Assembly (NCBI GenBank): GCA_035084275.1
Contig: CM068745.1
Coordinates: 44,578,001-44,642,000, forward strand
Length of the DNA stretch: 64,000 nucleotides
From: Hydrolagus colliei
Lineage: Eukaryota
Reading direction: 5' to 3'
Shown: positions 25,793 through 40,001 of the stretch, one piece after another
Layout: each line of letters opens with the position of its first letter
Numbering within the stretch: position 1 is the stretch's first letter
Translations under genes and position numbers: made by a program
Notes under the pieces: model-generated
What the model was told of the DNA's origin: nothing
Seen by the model: only the letters and a program-made list of their open reading frames with translations
Databases searched by the model: none

Positions 25793-27060
25793 AACAACAA
25801 CAACAACAAAATTGCACTTATATAGCACCTTTCACATTGGGAGGACATCCCAAAGCCCTGAACACTTTGGTCAGGACCCGAGTGGGGGAGTGGGGGGTGG
25901 GGTGGATGGAGGGGAGGGAAGGGGTAGGGGGAAGGGGAAGGTGAGTGGGACAGGGGGAAGAGTTGGTGGGGCAGCCGAAGGCACGGTTGAAGAGGAAGGT
26001 CTTGAGACCGGCCTTCAAGGAGGAAAGGAAGGAAGCAAGATGGAGGGGCTGAGGGATGGAGTTCCACAGTGTGGGAGCAGAGAGGCTGAAAGCCCGGCCA
26101 CCGATGGTTGGGCGGTTAGGGCGGTGGACGCGGAGCAGGCTGAACGGAGGGTGCGGGCAGGCTTTAGGGAGACAGTAGGTCAGAGAGATAGGCGGGGTAA
26201 GGCCGTGAATGGCCTTGAAAGTGAGAACAAGGATTTTGAATTCGATCCTCTGGGTGACGGGGAGCCAGTGGAGATGGGCGAGGGTGGGAATTATGTGGTC
26301 GCGAGGCCTGGTATGGGAGAGTACACGAGCTTCAGAATTCTGAATGATCTGCAGCCTGTGCAGGGAGGAGCTGGGGAGGCTGACGAGGAGAGAGTTCCAG
26401 AGGTGATAAAGGCATGGAGTTCTGGAGGTGATAAAGGCATGGATGAGAGTTTCGGCGGCATGGGGGGGTGAGGTAGTGGCGGAGTCGGGCAATATTGCGG
26501 AGGTGATAGAAGGCTATGCCGGTCATGTGGGGAAGGAAGGACAGCTCGGGGTCGAACAAGATGCCCAGATTCCTGATTGGCTTTGAGAGGTGGAGCGAGC
26601 AGCCTTGAACGCTGATGTTGTCAGCTCCTGAGGTGCGGAGGTGCTGACATGAGTCAATCAGGAGGGCTTCCGTCTTATTGATGTTGAGTTGTAGGAAATT
26701 TGCCCTCATCCAGGACTCAATGTCGGACAGACATGCAGTCAGAACGCCGGTGGTCCTGGAATCGAGGGTTGACGCGGATAGGTAGAGTCGGGTGTCATCC
26801 GCGTACATGTGGAAATTTACTCCATGTCTACGGATGATGTCACCCAAGGGGAGAGTGTAGAAGGTGAAGAGCAGGGGGGCAAGGACAGAGCCCTGGGGAA
26901 CGCCGCATGTGACTGTGCGGGGGCTGGAGGAGAAGCTGTGGGAAGAGACGAAGTGAAGGCGGTGAGAGATCAGAACCATTCGAGGACAGATCCTTGCAGA
27001 TTGAGGAGTGAGGAGAGGCGGTAGAGGAGGATAGCGTGGTCTACGGTATGAAGGCAGTGG
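25793..27060 (-). mobile_element. L2-clade LINE, ~1.27-kb 5'-truncated copy with a frameshifted reverse transcriptase C-terminus
   Basis: ORFs 26332-26979 (GVPQGSVLAPLLF...HMYADDTRLY...NFLQLNINKTE) and 25818-26492 (AAETLIHAFITSR...LHWLPVTQRIEFKIL...LKTFLF), followed by the (gtt)n tail. Confidence 0.95.
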
Positions 27061-27225
27061 ATAGAAAGACTAAAGCCTCGACTTCTGGTTGTGAAGCAGG
27101 CAGGGTGGGGATATGAAACAGGTCAGTCCTTACTGAGCAAAGGGAGCGGACAGTTTGATAAGGTTTTAGGTGGTCACCGAGGTTGGGAGGAGGAAGACCA
27201 TGGAAGGTTTTAAAGGTGAGAAATA

Positions 27226-27485
27226 CAGGTAGATCTCGCTTAACGTTGCTTTGGTCAATGTTGTTTTGTTATTACGTTCATGATACATAGGGGAACATAT
27301 ATTCATTTAATGTCACAACATTCGCTATAACGGCGTTTGCATGAGTGAAAACGAACTACTTTGGGAAGCGTAGACATACGCAGATGCTGAACGTTTGGTA
27401 TTCTTGCGCGGGTTCACTTAACGTTGTTTTGCTTAAAGTCTTACATTCTATGAACACAACTGCGACGTAAAGCAAGGACTTAGTG
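27226..27485. mobile_element. Tigger-type MITE (family T3) nested in an old L2 fragment (~27085-27925)
   Basis: ta|caggtagatctcgcttaacgttgc ... gcgacgtaaagcaaggacttagtg. The flanks join into the L2 sequence aaaggtgagaa...aattttaaactcaatcctctg. Confidence 0.7.
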
Positions 27486-27614
27486 AATTTTAAACTCAAT
27501 CCTCTGGGGGTGGAAAACCAGTGAAACTAGGCGAGGATGGGGGTTATTGGCTCCTGAGTTCACTGAATTGCTTAGTGTGGAAGAGGACACAAGCTGCAGA
27601 TTTCAGAATAATGT

Positions 27615-27878
27615 GGAGTCCTGTAGCTCAGTGGTTAGAGCACTCGCCTTGAAAGTGAGAGACCTGGGTTCAATTCCAGGCAGGGTGAAACCTTCTGGCA
27701 AGTTTCCTTATTCCCCCGTGATTGTTTGTGTGAGATTGCTGTGTGCAATTGGCTGCTGCGTTTCGCCCACAAATATACAGTCAATTCACATCATAGCATA
27801 TTTTATGAAGCGCTTTGAGACATCTAGAAGATGTAAAAAGTGCTATATCAAATGTAAGGATTATTATTATTATTATTA
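27615..27878 (+). mobile_element. SINE family A with internal deletion
   Basis: ggagtcctgtagctcagtggttagagcac...gttcaattcc...caattggctgctgcgtttcgcccac...(tta)n. Confidence 0.9.
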
Positions 27879-29289
27879 TAATCTGCAGCCTGTAGCAATA
27901 AGAATTGGGAAGTCGGGCGAGTAGGGAGTTAGTGTAGCTACCAAAGACAATCATCTCAGAAGTTGATTTATAAGCAAAGCTTGAGAAGTTGATTTCCAGG
28001 TAGAATAGTTACCACAAATGATGTTAATGGCGACTTCCTGAGCTGCCCTCAGGAAATTACATCAACGACGTTTGCACACATAGCGCACAACACACAATGT
28101 GACAGTTGACCTGATATCCTTTTGTGAAGCGATTTGAGACGTCCTCCACAGGTACAACATGTATATGTTGTTGTCAGCAGTCTATACAACTATGGGTTGT
28201 TGTGGGGGGTGATTAATTGTTTCCCCTCTCCCAAGAGATTTTAAAACCTATTACAATGCCTAGCTGATATCTCGGGTACGATAAGCCCAGAGATCATCAA
28301 TCTCACTAACGTTTACACTGAAACACATACATTAAATACTGTGAATTCCATTTTTTTTTAGCAGATAAAGCTATTCACTACTTAAACAGCAGAACTTGAC
28401 AGTAGGCCTGTGCATGCGCCTATCTAATAGTGCCCCATTATTCTTGAAAGAAAAATACAAAAGCTGTATATTACAAAGAGAAATACTTCAATACCCCTGA
28501 GGTGAAGAATTGGTGGCAGTATGAAAGGATAGAGCTCAGTGTACTGTCATTTCTTGAATATTTGAAACATGCATTATTCAATTTGAAAATAAGTTACTTA
28601 GGAGCAATTTTCTCACAAGGAAATTTTCTCACTGTTTGACCATTCTTTGGTCAAACAGCCACAAGGAAAACAAGGGCAAAATACTTATGAGAGCAATTCT
28701 ATTCACTCCTTTTCTCGAGTAATTAGCGATGGTTTGAAAGCAACATATGCAAGAAGGATGCATTTAATTATCTTGCTCACTACTTAGTAATGTACCGATT
28801 TCCCTGTCAGTAGGTGCTTGCCTCACTTACATCAAAACTAAAATGTATTCTAATTGTGGAGAGTTCTTTAATTCCTCAAATCATTTCTACTTGCTCCAAC
28901 AGAAGTTAGAAATTGCACCTCTTGGCTTCAGCAAAACTTTCTGCAGTTGCAGTGTGTGATTTCCCAGGCACATTGTGACTAGCATCATGTCTTTTTCCAC
29001 AGAGGTCATCTCCTGGGCTGCTTTGGGTGTAGTGTGATTTTGTGAAGGGTCTATGTTTGTTTGCGAAAGGAGGAGGGAGGACAACTTTCAGTTAAATGGA
29101 AACTTATTGGAGAAACTCATTTCCAATTTTCCAATATGTGCAGTGCTTCATGTCTTAGCAAGCTTGTGGTCAACTCTCATATACACTGTCATTGTAATAA
29201 ATATAAATAAATCATAATAATAAATAATTATAATAATTACTAATAAATCATTATAACAAATCTAAATATATCAATATAATAAATAATAA

Positions 29290-29470
29290 TAAATTTGTCA
29301 CTTCAATTGAAATTGGTCACTTCAATCCACGGCTGTTAGTGGAACATTGCTGTGTGCAATTGGCTGCCATGTTACAATCACAAACTATACAGTTAATGCA
29401 CTTTACAGTATATTTAATGATATGCATTGAGGTGTCTCAAAGACATAATAAGGCTAGGATTATTATTATG
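29290..29470 (+). mobile_element. SINE family A 3' half, decayed
   Basis: ttggtcacttcaatccacggctg...caattggctgcc...ggattattattat. Confidence 0.7.
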
Positions 29471-29939
29471 ATATTGTTCTATAGACTGAATCTTCCCTTC
29501 AGTATCTTAATGATCTATGAAGTATTATGGGTGAGTTGTTCTTCACATAAGAGTAAGGCATCATGGGAATTATTGTTAAGCTTTGCCAGCATGAAACATA
29601 TATTTGTAATCACTTTAATGTTATATGCCATTAGATTCTGTTAAATTTACTATTATGCAGTTATATTAATATGCATTAGTCTAATGGAAGTTATTTGACA
29701 TTAACATTACTTAACATACTGCTACAACCTTTAAATGAGACTGTGCTGAGAACTTTTGTAACCTTGATAGGAATGAATAGTGTCTGTTATGCCTTTAGGT
29801 AACATCCTTGTTCTTGCCTTGGCAGTTATGTAGAAAAAGGATGTGTGACTAAAGGGTCTTGGTTTGTAGACATGAGATAGAGAATGTGTTAAGGTCTCAA
29901 AGTCTAAGAAACAGGATGCAGCAACAAGGAGGGTAACCA

Positions 29940-30295
29940 ATACAATACAAATTATATTGGTATAGCACCTTTCACATTGGGAGGATGTCCCAAGGCACTG
30001 GACAGTCAAGAATTTGGACCTGAGCTGGAAGTTGGTATCGGGGATGATGAAGGGCAGGAAGGGTAGGAGGATGGTCGATGGTTCAATCGAAGAGGAGGGT
30101 TTGGAGACGCAAGGAGGGAGCAATGTAAAGGGAGCAAGGAGGCAAGGAAGGGAGTAATGTAAAGGGACTGAAGGATGGAGTTTCATAGGGTAGGGATAGA
30201 GAGTCTGATGGCCCGTGATGGTAGAATGAGCCCAGTAGGGGATGTGGAGCAGGCTAGAGCCTCCTGAGTAGGCAGACAGTTTGATATAGGAGTTG
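29940..30295 (-). mobile_element. Old L2 3' fragment
   Basis: tagcacctttcacattgggaggatgtcccaaggcactggacagtca plus the purine-rich L2 end. Confidence 0.75.
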
Positions 30296-31342
30296 TTTGA
30301 AGTCTTTGCTTTCTTAAAAAAAATTGGGACAGTATTCCTGGGAACATAGAAGACAAAGAAACAAGATAATTCACAAGAAGAAGAAGAAACAAATACAAGT
30401 TATGCTATTCTTGAGATTGGTAAAATAGCTTTCTCTATAACAGTTTCTTAAATGGAACATTTAATAATACAAATAAATATAATTAAAACTCAGTGAAAAT
30501 TTAAGTCAACACTTCTATTATATTTCCTCTCAGTCTCCTCTGTTCAAACGAAAAAGTTTAAATTTACTCTTCATGTTGTATGACTCTAGGCACCATCCTT
30601 GTGGATAAGAGAGATGCTGAACATAGCATGTGATGGAATAATAATAATTCTTACATTTGATATAGCATCTTATCACATCATTGAGGTATCTCAAAGCACT
30701 TCACAGAATGTACTGTAAAGCGAATGAATCTTCTCTTCGTGCAAGTATTTCATACAAACCAAATTGTCAGTGAGGACAAGTGTGTATGATGTTGATTGTA
30801 CAGAAAATTTAATGATTTTAATTTACCTTCTCCTGATTACCTTGACTCTGTCATAACTCGGTTGTTGTTGTAGAGTTTCATTCATATTTTGAATATTTTC
30901 AAGATTTTATAGCCAATGGATGTAATACTCTAGAACCCTCCTTGTTGATCAGGAGGGTGGAAAACATTGGACCCAACCCAACCACTTACTTTATTCACTC
31001 TTTATGACTAGAAAATATACTAGAAGTCAAATTAGCTTGTGAATTAGAAACTTAATGTTAAATCAATTAATTTAATTAATTCCAATGTTTCTAGTTATAA
31101 TTTCCTATTCCTTTCATTAATCTGTATCTTTATCTATGCTGGAGTTGTCGCAAATATGAAACCATTTATGAACAGACACATTGATTTCATATCTGTCAAG
31201 CAGTGTCTGGTCAACCACTGAATGGTTCCAGAATTAGAAATAATGAAAAATGCATATAATTTAGGCATTGTTTGATTCTGATCTTTAAGAACATTCATCG
31301 AACGTGTGAACTGGATAGACAGAATGGATCCAACATGAACCC

Positions 31343-31775
31343 TGACTTTGGAAGTGGCAATTACAATTTCTAATTGTTTTAGAAGTGTGTACCTGGTTTG
31401 TATTGCCTTGGGGTTCTGGGAAGAAATTCCATCTGTGTTTAGTATTCTTAGCATTTCAGAGCATGACAAATTTGACAAATTTATAGATACTGTTGGGTTT
31501 CTGCATTCCTTATCAGGACATACAGAAAAAAAAACTTACAAATGAAAGGACAGTAATTAAAAATACACCTAAATACATTTGTATATTCGGAAATGCCCAA
31601 GAAAATAGGGCAAGTCCACTGCTTGTTTGCAATTGGAGAATTTCTCCCATGTTGCACACAAAGTGATCTGAATGAACAAAATACAGGCAATTTGCTTTAC
31701 AGTATATTCTGTGAAGCACTTTGAGATGTCTCAAAGACATGATAAATGGCTATATCACATGCAAGAATTAAAATA
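31343..31775 (+). repeat. Dispersed unit (unknown ~340-bp body + SINE-type 3' tail), copy 1
   Basis: Aligns to the reverse complement of 40307-40728 along its length, e.g. tttatagatactgttgggtttctg and ggaaatgcccaagaaaatagg. Confidence 0.9.
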
Positions 31776-34199
31776 ACAGAATACCTGTACAATGTGATTT
31801 TCCTTTCTCATTCCATCCCAAAAGCCTCTCTGAGACTGCCTTCCTGAAAGCGGAAATTGGTTCTGCTTTCCTTTCTATTTTATCCTTTTCTTCCATCTCA
31901 TTTATCTTCTAGAGAACTACAGTGGCTTAAGCTTAAAATGGTAAATTCTTTAATAAAAAATGTCAGGGAGAAACGTCTTCTGGTGGCCTAATAGTGCATG
32001 ATTTTCATGCTAATTCACTGTGAAAAATGTAGGATACATTGTGGTTGAGCAACATGATTTCAGATGTTACACTCCAGTAAGTTGTTGAGGCTACCCTGAG
32101 GAGATGGTTTCAGCAAGTACTTGCTGCAGCATAAAGCCATAAACTTTATCGCACCACTGGTTCTTTACTAGCATAAAACTAAATTTTGGAGCTCCACAAT
32201 CAATCTGAAATTGGACATTAGTTTTTATAAACCAAATGCGATGAGTTCCTGCTAATCATTGTGCCATACATGGTATTTCCTGCATGACAACACTTTCTGA
32301 GCAGTATTTTCTGACATTTGAATCATTTATGTGCAATTTCGCTCATTTATAAAGCTTTAGCAAATCCCAATGGAAAAATCTACATTTGGACCAAGAGCCA
32401 CAATGCAAACCATCACCAAGCTTGAAAAGAGGAAGACAGAAGCCAAATACATCAGAAAATACTGTTTAATAGGTACTAAATTTGAGTTATAAATGCTTTA
32501 GGTTGTGGTTGATAAGGAAAGTTTAGTGAGACAAGAGGTTTCACAGTCTTGAAGCCAAGGGAAAGAACAAACTAAGACTAGGAGACATTCTGTGGAGTTT
32601 TCATTTCAACATTCTGCCTGTGGGAGCATGGTAGTAATTATCTAATATTTTAAAGTCAGATGACAATCTACCTGTGAGCATCATAATTGATGAGTGTCTT
32701 TACAATCAAATACATTCTGCCCAATTGTCCAGCAACATCTGAAATCCATTGTTTTCTGGCTGGAAATCTTATGAGCAAAGACTGAATGACAGAAATTAAC
32801 CACAAAATGAAATAAAGAGAATAAATACACTGAAACAAGGTGGGTGTTTGGGGAGGGTGCGAAAGTAATGTGAGGTAGGACTATCAAGAAACATGTTTTT
32901 TCCTTTACCTTTCTTGGGCTGTAAGATGGCAGTTGGCTTTGGTACCATAGAACATTACAGCACAGAAGGAAGGTGTTTGGACCATTGAGCCTGTGCTGGC
33001 TCTTCTAAAGGGCAATTCTTTCAGTCCCATTTACTTGTCATTTTTTTGGGGGGAATGATAACTAGGACTGATAAAAGAAGTACAATTTGACAGGTCTTTG
33101 GGGAAAATTGACTGCTGCTTGACATCTTAGCAGTTTCAATTACTGGATACATGGAAGTGATGGATATTAAATGAAACAGTCCTGTTTTATTAGATTTCAA
33201 ATAATCCGTATATTCAAAAAATATGATTTAAGTGCTCTCTAATGATTAAGTATTAATGTGTTTGAACTAATTTGTCTAACAGAGTAGATTTTACGAATAG
33301 ATGAAGATGAACCACTGATTTAAAAAATCCTGATAAGATTATGCATTGTTACTGCAAATCATTTCATGTCACAAATGGTCATATTACAGTATATCCCCAC
33401 CCACATTGATGCAAATGGTAACCAATGCTGATAAGATCATCTTGCCTTAAATCTCAATTTCTTTCAGCCCTGACAATGTGACTTGATCAACTCACGCCGT
33501 ATAAAAGTTGACTGTCTTGATATAAATATTCCATACTGTCTCTTTGTTTTATGCATTATCTGTATTACTGTGTATATCTTGCCCCAGGATCCTAAAGCAA
33601 ACCAGATCTTTGAACCAATTTTTCTTACAGTGTAGATTTTATGAATAGATTAAAATGAAATGATAAAGGCCAAAAGTGATATAACATGAATGATAATAAA
33701 ATTGGGGTGAAAAATTTTTATTGGTTGCTTTGGAATTCTCCAACCTTCTCAAATTAAAGATGAAAATATTAACTTTGGACATGAATGGAATAAACAATAA
33801 TTTTTCGCACAAAATGATATCAGACAAAGAAATATATCCAAAGTTTAAGAAGCATTGGAGAGAGAGTACACAGAATCTATTACATTTTTTGGAAGTTACA
33901 AAACCATTACTTGTCCTATCCAAACCCATCACGATCAGGTTTCTGTTCCCTTCAGGACAGAGAAAGGAACCTGAGTTACACTCTTTCCATTGTTCAGTGT
34001 ATTCACAAATCGTATGCTCTTCTGAATCTAGAAAAAAATAGAGTTCTCTTAGGCATAACCACCTTATACTGTCTTTAGTTTCCTGCCCGCATTCAAGATT
34101 TACAGTATATAAAGGAATAAATTATCTGATCAAATACGCTATTTCAGGAAATTCAAATCAAATTAATCTTCGGTAGAAGGTTAGAATTGAAGGTCCATC

Positions 34200-34475
34200 A
34201 AATGAGACATTAACAGTGATCCCATATGTCTATTCATGTGCATTCCACAGAACCCATGACACATTCGAGAAGAAAATTGAATTTCTCTCAGTGTCCTGGA
34301 CGCAAATCCTCCAAACAAATTCACTCATTGGTTGTTTGTGGAACTTTGCAGTATGCAAATTCACTGCTTTAGTTACCTACAATTACATAGTCACTGAACT
34401 TTACTGAAATTCCTGCAAAGCACTTTGAGACATTTCAATTGCATAATAAGGCACTATATCAAATGCAAAGATGAT
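34200..34475 (+). mobile_element. Ancient Deu-domain SINE remnant
   Basis: aatgagacattaac...aacccatgacacattcgagaagaa...ctcagtgtcctgg...tgtttgtggaactttgcagtatgcaaatt...gcactttgagacatt...aatgcaaag resembles the DeuSINE central domain and tail. Confidence 0.65.
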
Positions 34476-34909
34476 AAAATTAGCACTGAATGGTTTGTGC
34501 ATGTCTTTTGCAGCTGGAAGTCAGGTAATGTATGTTTTATGAGCCCAATCGTCGAGAAACAACTAGTGAAGAGTAAGATAGACTATTGGAAAGTCAGTAT
34601 TTGTAGTAGTCTCAGAGCTACAGTAGAAGTGTTAATTTTTTATGCTATTCCCATGTAGCAGTTGAACAAATTCTATAATTCTTTTCTCTTGGAGTTTACT
34701 GTTAAGTCAAATGGAGGATAGGATAGACATATTTCTGGGGTATTTTGATTGAATTGCATGCTTCCTGGTAGGCTATCAATAAGAATGTCAATAATAGTAT
34801 CAATAATTCAGACTCCAGAGACTACGTATGGCAGTCAGGGAAGTGAAACTATTTAAGGAGACCATTGGTGGTGGGCAGATGGATGAACTGAGGGGAGGAC
34901 ATGAGACGA

Positions 34910-36750
34910 TAACAACAACAACATCAAAATAACACTTGTATAGTGCAGTTCACATCAGGAGGAACATAAAAACATAAGTATTAGGAGCAGAAGTACGTCA
35001 TTCGGCCCCTCGAGCCTGCCCTGCCATTTAATAAGATCATAGCTGATCTTCTAATCTAACCACCTCCCTACCTTTTCCCCATCCCTTAATCCCTTTATCC
35101 ATAAGAAATCTATCAATCTCAGTCTTGAATTTGTTCAAGACCTGAGTGTCTACAGCTCTTTGGGGTAGAGAATTCCATAAATTCACTACCCTCTGAGTGA
35201 AGAAGTTTTTCCTCAACTCAGTGCAAAGGGGCTGACTCCTAATTGTAACACTGTAACCCGTGGTTATAGTTTCACCAACCAGGGGAAACAGTCTCCCACT
35301 ATCTTTCGTGCCCCTTAATAATCTTATAGCTTTCTATAAGATAGCCTCTAATTCTTCTATATTCTAGAGAATATAGGCCTAGATTGCTCAACCTATCCTC
35401 ATAGCTCTTCTCCCTCATCCCAGGAACCAACCTAGTCAATCTACGCTGTACCCTCTCCAAGGCGAGTATGTCCTTCCTTAAATAAGGAGACCAAAACTGC
35501 ACATTATATTCTAGGTGCGGTCTCACCAGGGCCCCCATTCCCTACTATATTCTAACCTTTTGTAATGAATGCCAACATACCATTTGCCTTCCTAGTTGTT
35601 TGCTGTACCTGCAAACTAACTTTTTGTGACTCGTGTACAAGGACACCCAAGTCCTTCTGAACGTTAACACTGTCCAGTCTTTCCCCTTCTAAAAATAATC
35701 TTCTCTACTGTTTTTATTACCTAGGTGGATGACTTCACACTTCCCTATATTATACTTCATCTGCCACTACTTGCCCACTCACCTAGCCTATCTATATCGC
35801 TTTGCATTTTTTAAAATGTGATCCTCTGTGTTTACTCTCCCTCCTAGTTTAGTGTCAACCGCGAAGTTGGATATTTTAAGTTCGATGTCCTCATCTAGGT
35901 CATTGATATAGATTGTAAATAGTTGAGGCCTGAGCACTGATCCTTGTGGCACTTCGCTAGTCACATCCTGCCAATCTGAGAAGGACGTGTTTATCCCTAC
36001 TCTCTGTTTTGAGGACGTCCCAAGGCGCTGGACAATCAATGTTTCAGACCTGAACTGAGGTCAGGGACGATAAGGGTGGATGGAAAAGGGGGATTTGGGG
36101 TGACTGACTGGACCATCAAAGAGGAGGGTCTTGAGGCCAGACTTGAAGGAGGCCAGGGAGGGGGCGAGGCGGAGAGACCGTGGGATGGAGTTCCAGACGT
36201 TGGGGGCAGAGTGCCTGAATACTTGGCCGCCAATGGTGGGAGGGTGGGTCAGGGGATGTGGAGCAAGCCAGAGCCTACTGAGCAGACTGGGCAGGCAGGT
36301 TAGTAGGAGGGCTTTGAATGTGAGGACCAGCATCTTGAATTATAACCTCTGGATAATAAGGATCTAATGGAGTTGGACGAGGGGGAGATGGGGTCACAAA
36401 GCTTGGAGCGGTAGAGGACACAGATCGCAGTTCTAGATTGTCTGCAACCTATGGAGGGAAGAATTGGGAAGGCCGACAAACAGGGCATTGACCTAGTCGA
36501 GCGTGGATGTGATGAAGGCATGAATGAGGGTTTCAGTGGCATGTGGGTATCAAGTAATGGCAGAATCTGGCAATATTGCGAAAGTGAGGGAAGGCAGAGC
36601 AAGTCATTGCTTGGATGTGGGGAGGAAAGACAGTTGAGGATCGAACAAGGTTGATGCTGCCAGTGCCTGATGGCTGAAGGCAGAAGCCAATCAGTAAGAA
36701 CGCAATCTTGTTGACATTCAACTGTCGAAAGTTAGCCCTAATGTTGACTT
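34910..36750 (-). mobile_element. L2 3' fragment split by CR1 (34910-34963 and 36011-36750)
   Basis: ...cacatcaggagga | gaggacgtcccaaggcgctggac...; ORF-end SFKSGLKTLLF and FRNIARFCHYL. Confidence 0.85.
34964..36010 (-). mobile_element. CR1 LINE, 5'-truncated with intact 3' end, nested in an L2 tail
   Basis: ORF remnants VPQGSVLRPQLFTIYINDLDE...FAVDTKLGG and [32 protein letters not shown]1 3' UTR gaggggccgaatgacg...tatgtttttatgtt. gagga is duplicated at both junctions. Confidence 0.93.
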
Positions 36751-36959
36751 GATGTTGGACTTGATAACTTTATCCTCCGCTGGTTTAGAAGCTAGAATTG
36801 CTAAAGTCTGATTCTAAATTTCTTCTCAAAGCCACTAGAAATATAGAAGGAATTGTTAGCAAAAGAGTGTATGAGGAATGAAGAAGGGCAAGCAAAGAAA
36901 GAGCAGTTAAAGAAATCTTCAGTGTATAGAACAGATAGAGGATGAATGCTAATGACATA

Positions 36960-38560
36960 AAATCCCTGCTCCACAACCGTGACAACCACCTCAATCACAT
37001 CAACACCTACGTCTTAGATATCACTGCTCTGGCTATCATAGACACAGCCATCCAAGATCACTTCCTCATCTCCCTCTTCTTTCATATCACCCTCCTTCGA
37101 GCCCTCCGCCATCTTTTTCAGCCCATGAAAAAAACCTTCCCAAATCCCTCACAAACGCCCTCTCATCCTCAGACCTTCTCTCTCTGAATATGGTCTCACC
37201 AATGATTTATACAGTGGCAGGATTACCCCATTATCTTAGCTTGTTATTGATCTTTTGATACATCCTAACATCTGGTCTGCTTTACTCATTGCCACAGAGT
37301 ATTGTTGGGAGAGCTTCAATTTATTGTCAATCAGGAACCCCAGGTCCTTTTCATTTACCATGCATATTACTTTTCTATTGTTCAAATAATAAACCCAAAT
37401 AATGGTGGTCGTGATGTCACCACTGCCATACTCCTCCTCCTTCCCCCCATCCTAACATTCCCTTGCCCCCATATCTCTCTCCTCCCTTTCCTCACCACCC
37501 CCCAGATAAAGCCCACCATCTCCTGCCTTGACCCCTCCTCACCCAGCTGCTGGTTACTCAACTCCCCTTCCTCTGCCCATTGCTGACTGACACAATCAAT
37601 CCTTGATCCCTCCAACCTCACAAACCCTAACTCAAACCTGCCCTCCCTGATCAAAGTTTTGGAACGCTTTGTTGCAAATCAACTTTGTTCACAGCTATCC
37701 CTCCACTCCCCACTCAAACCGCTATAGTTTGGTTTTCACTCAGCCCACAGCACAGAGACAGCATTTGTTAAAGTAATAAATGATATTCTCTGTCTCTGTG
37801 ACCAGGGCTCCTTCTGCCTCATCATTCTCCTGGATCTCTCTGCCGAGTTCAACACAGTTGATGAAGCCATTCTCCTCCACTGCCTTTGCTCACTCATCCA
37901 CCTTAATGGAACCACACTCGCATGGCTTGAGTTCTACTTAAACTGCCAACAATACATCTCGACAAATGGTTTTGCCTTCCACCCCCGCCCGGTCATATAC
38001 AGGGTACCCCAAGGCTCCATCCTTGGCCCTCTTCCTTTCCTCATCTACTTGCTCCCTCTTGGCGATATCATCCTTAGTCATGGGGTTAATGTATGCGGAT
38101 GACACCCAAACATACTTCTCCACTTCCTGTTACAACTTCCAGTCCATTTATGTCCTGTCAGCTTGGTTGAAGGGTATCAAGGCTTGGATGTCCTCCCAAC
38201 GTGAAAGGCACTCTACAATTGTAATTTTGTTTTGTTTGTTGTTGGATGAGAGCAAACATCCTGCAGCTAAATATCATACTCATTGACTCCCATTAACGTC
38301 TTCTCTCCTGCGGGTCTGAATTCTTCAAATTCCCCAGGTTCTCTTACATACTCATCAAACCTGTGCGCAGTCAAAATCCTCGTCTGTACCTTCATCACTT
38401 CCTGGCTGGACTATTCTAATACCCTTCTCGGTGGCCACCCCAACATCAACAACAACAAAATTACACTTGTATAGCGCCTTTCACATCAGGCGGATATCCC
38501 AAGCCCCCAGCTCCACCAACCAAGCACAAAAACTGCCATCCGGAAACTCACCCGCACAAA
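36960..38560 (+). mobile_element. Old fragmented L2 (EN end + RT) with nested CR1 piece (~37180-37385, minus) and two tail-only inserts
   Basis: Decayed motifs DTAIQDHFLIS, HSTETAFVKVINDIL, MYADDTQ and FITSWLDYSNTLL. Inserts at 38191-38241 and ~38445-38503. Confidence 0.8.
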
Positions 38561-39708
38561 TCTCTGTATCTCATCACATGTTGTTCTTATTGTTGTTAAT
38601 GAGCACAAATACATAAAGCATTTATTTCCTGAAACAATTTTTATAATCCAAAAGTTCTAGTCCATGCTACGATGTTAAATTAGCACACTGTACCATACAT
38701 TTAAAGAGATTATTGTATGAAATTATACACCCTCAAGAATAATCCCTGCTTGGGTAATCAATGATTAACACTCCACTGAGTGCATTTAAATGCTGAATCA
38801 TCATGAATAATTTCTAATAAAGGCAGATATGTAGAAAGCAGCTGATGCGCACTGCTCTCACAGAACAGCAAGTGGAGCTGTTTACAAATTAATCAGATAT
38901 AGTCCAATGAAAGGTCAGTTATCATTTCAATAAGTGACATGACAAACTGCCTGTCTCCTTCTCTGAAGACTATTAAACTCTGGTTCTCAACTCATTTCCA
39001 GACATCGTTACGTGCCCTTGGTCTCAATCCATCTATAAAGACTGTATTATAGAAGAGATTTAGCAACTCAGCCACTCTCTAAAAAAAACATGAGTTGGAG
39101 ATGCCAAAAGCACAGATAAATTACCCTCAGCAAAGAAGTTCAAGGTCAAGATATCAGCTAGTGTAAGATTTCTGGACACATACAACAACAAAAAAAAATT
39201 ACATTCATAGAGCGCCTTTCATGTCAGAAGGACTTCCCAAAGCGCTGGGATGCATAAATCACATAAACACAAAAGGACAGATATTGGTTAAAACTAAGGG
39301 GGAAAAAAAATCTTATTTTCTGCCTGATGGTTTTTGCACCAAGTCTTTCAAACAGGTAATCAGAATTGTGTAGCTTTTTGGCTCCTGTCATCAATGCAGA
39401 TACAGAAATAAATGTTTAGAATGAAAGCATTTTGACTATGGGTTATACCTGAGAGAATGTAAAATACAACATTTCAGTATTGATTCAATATGATCACAAT
39501 GATTCTGATCATTCTCACTTCAAGTTTCCTACACAGTTCCTCAATATTTGTTTTATAACCATTTATTAGCCAATCTTTAGAAGCTTACCTGCTAACTTAT
39601 TGCACATTATGAACCACCCTCTCTCAATACCCCTCTCCCTCTTTTTCTCTCCTCATCTCCAACACATTCACTCCCTCCCCTCTGACATTCTCTTTTTCAC
39701 ATATGCCT

Positions 39709-40001
39709 GGAGTTCTGTACTCGGTGGTTAGAGAACTCGCCTTACAAGCATGAGACCTGTGTTCAAATCTAGGGAGAAACCTTGGGCAAGTTTCCTTGCT
39801 CCACATGCCTAATAGTGATCCCTAAAAATAAAACAATAATAAAATTGGTCATTTCAATCCATAACTGTTTGTGGGACACTGCTGTGCGCAATTGGCTGCT
39901 GCGTTTCGCCCACAGTCAATTCACTTTACAGTATATTTTGTGAAGCACTTTGAGATGTCTAGAAGACTGAAAAGTGCTATATCAAAATGCAAGGATTATT
40001 T
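39709..40001 (+). mobile_element. SINE family A, near full length
   Basis: Decayed tRNA head, core gggacactgctgtgcgcaattggctgctgcg, tail. Confidence 0.9.

Noticed and set aside
25818-26979. Reverse-transcriptase ORFs as functional genes (also 53060-53737, 55871-56317 and the CR1 ORFs)
   Set aside because: They are 5'-truncated, frameshifted or internally deleted LINE remnants.
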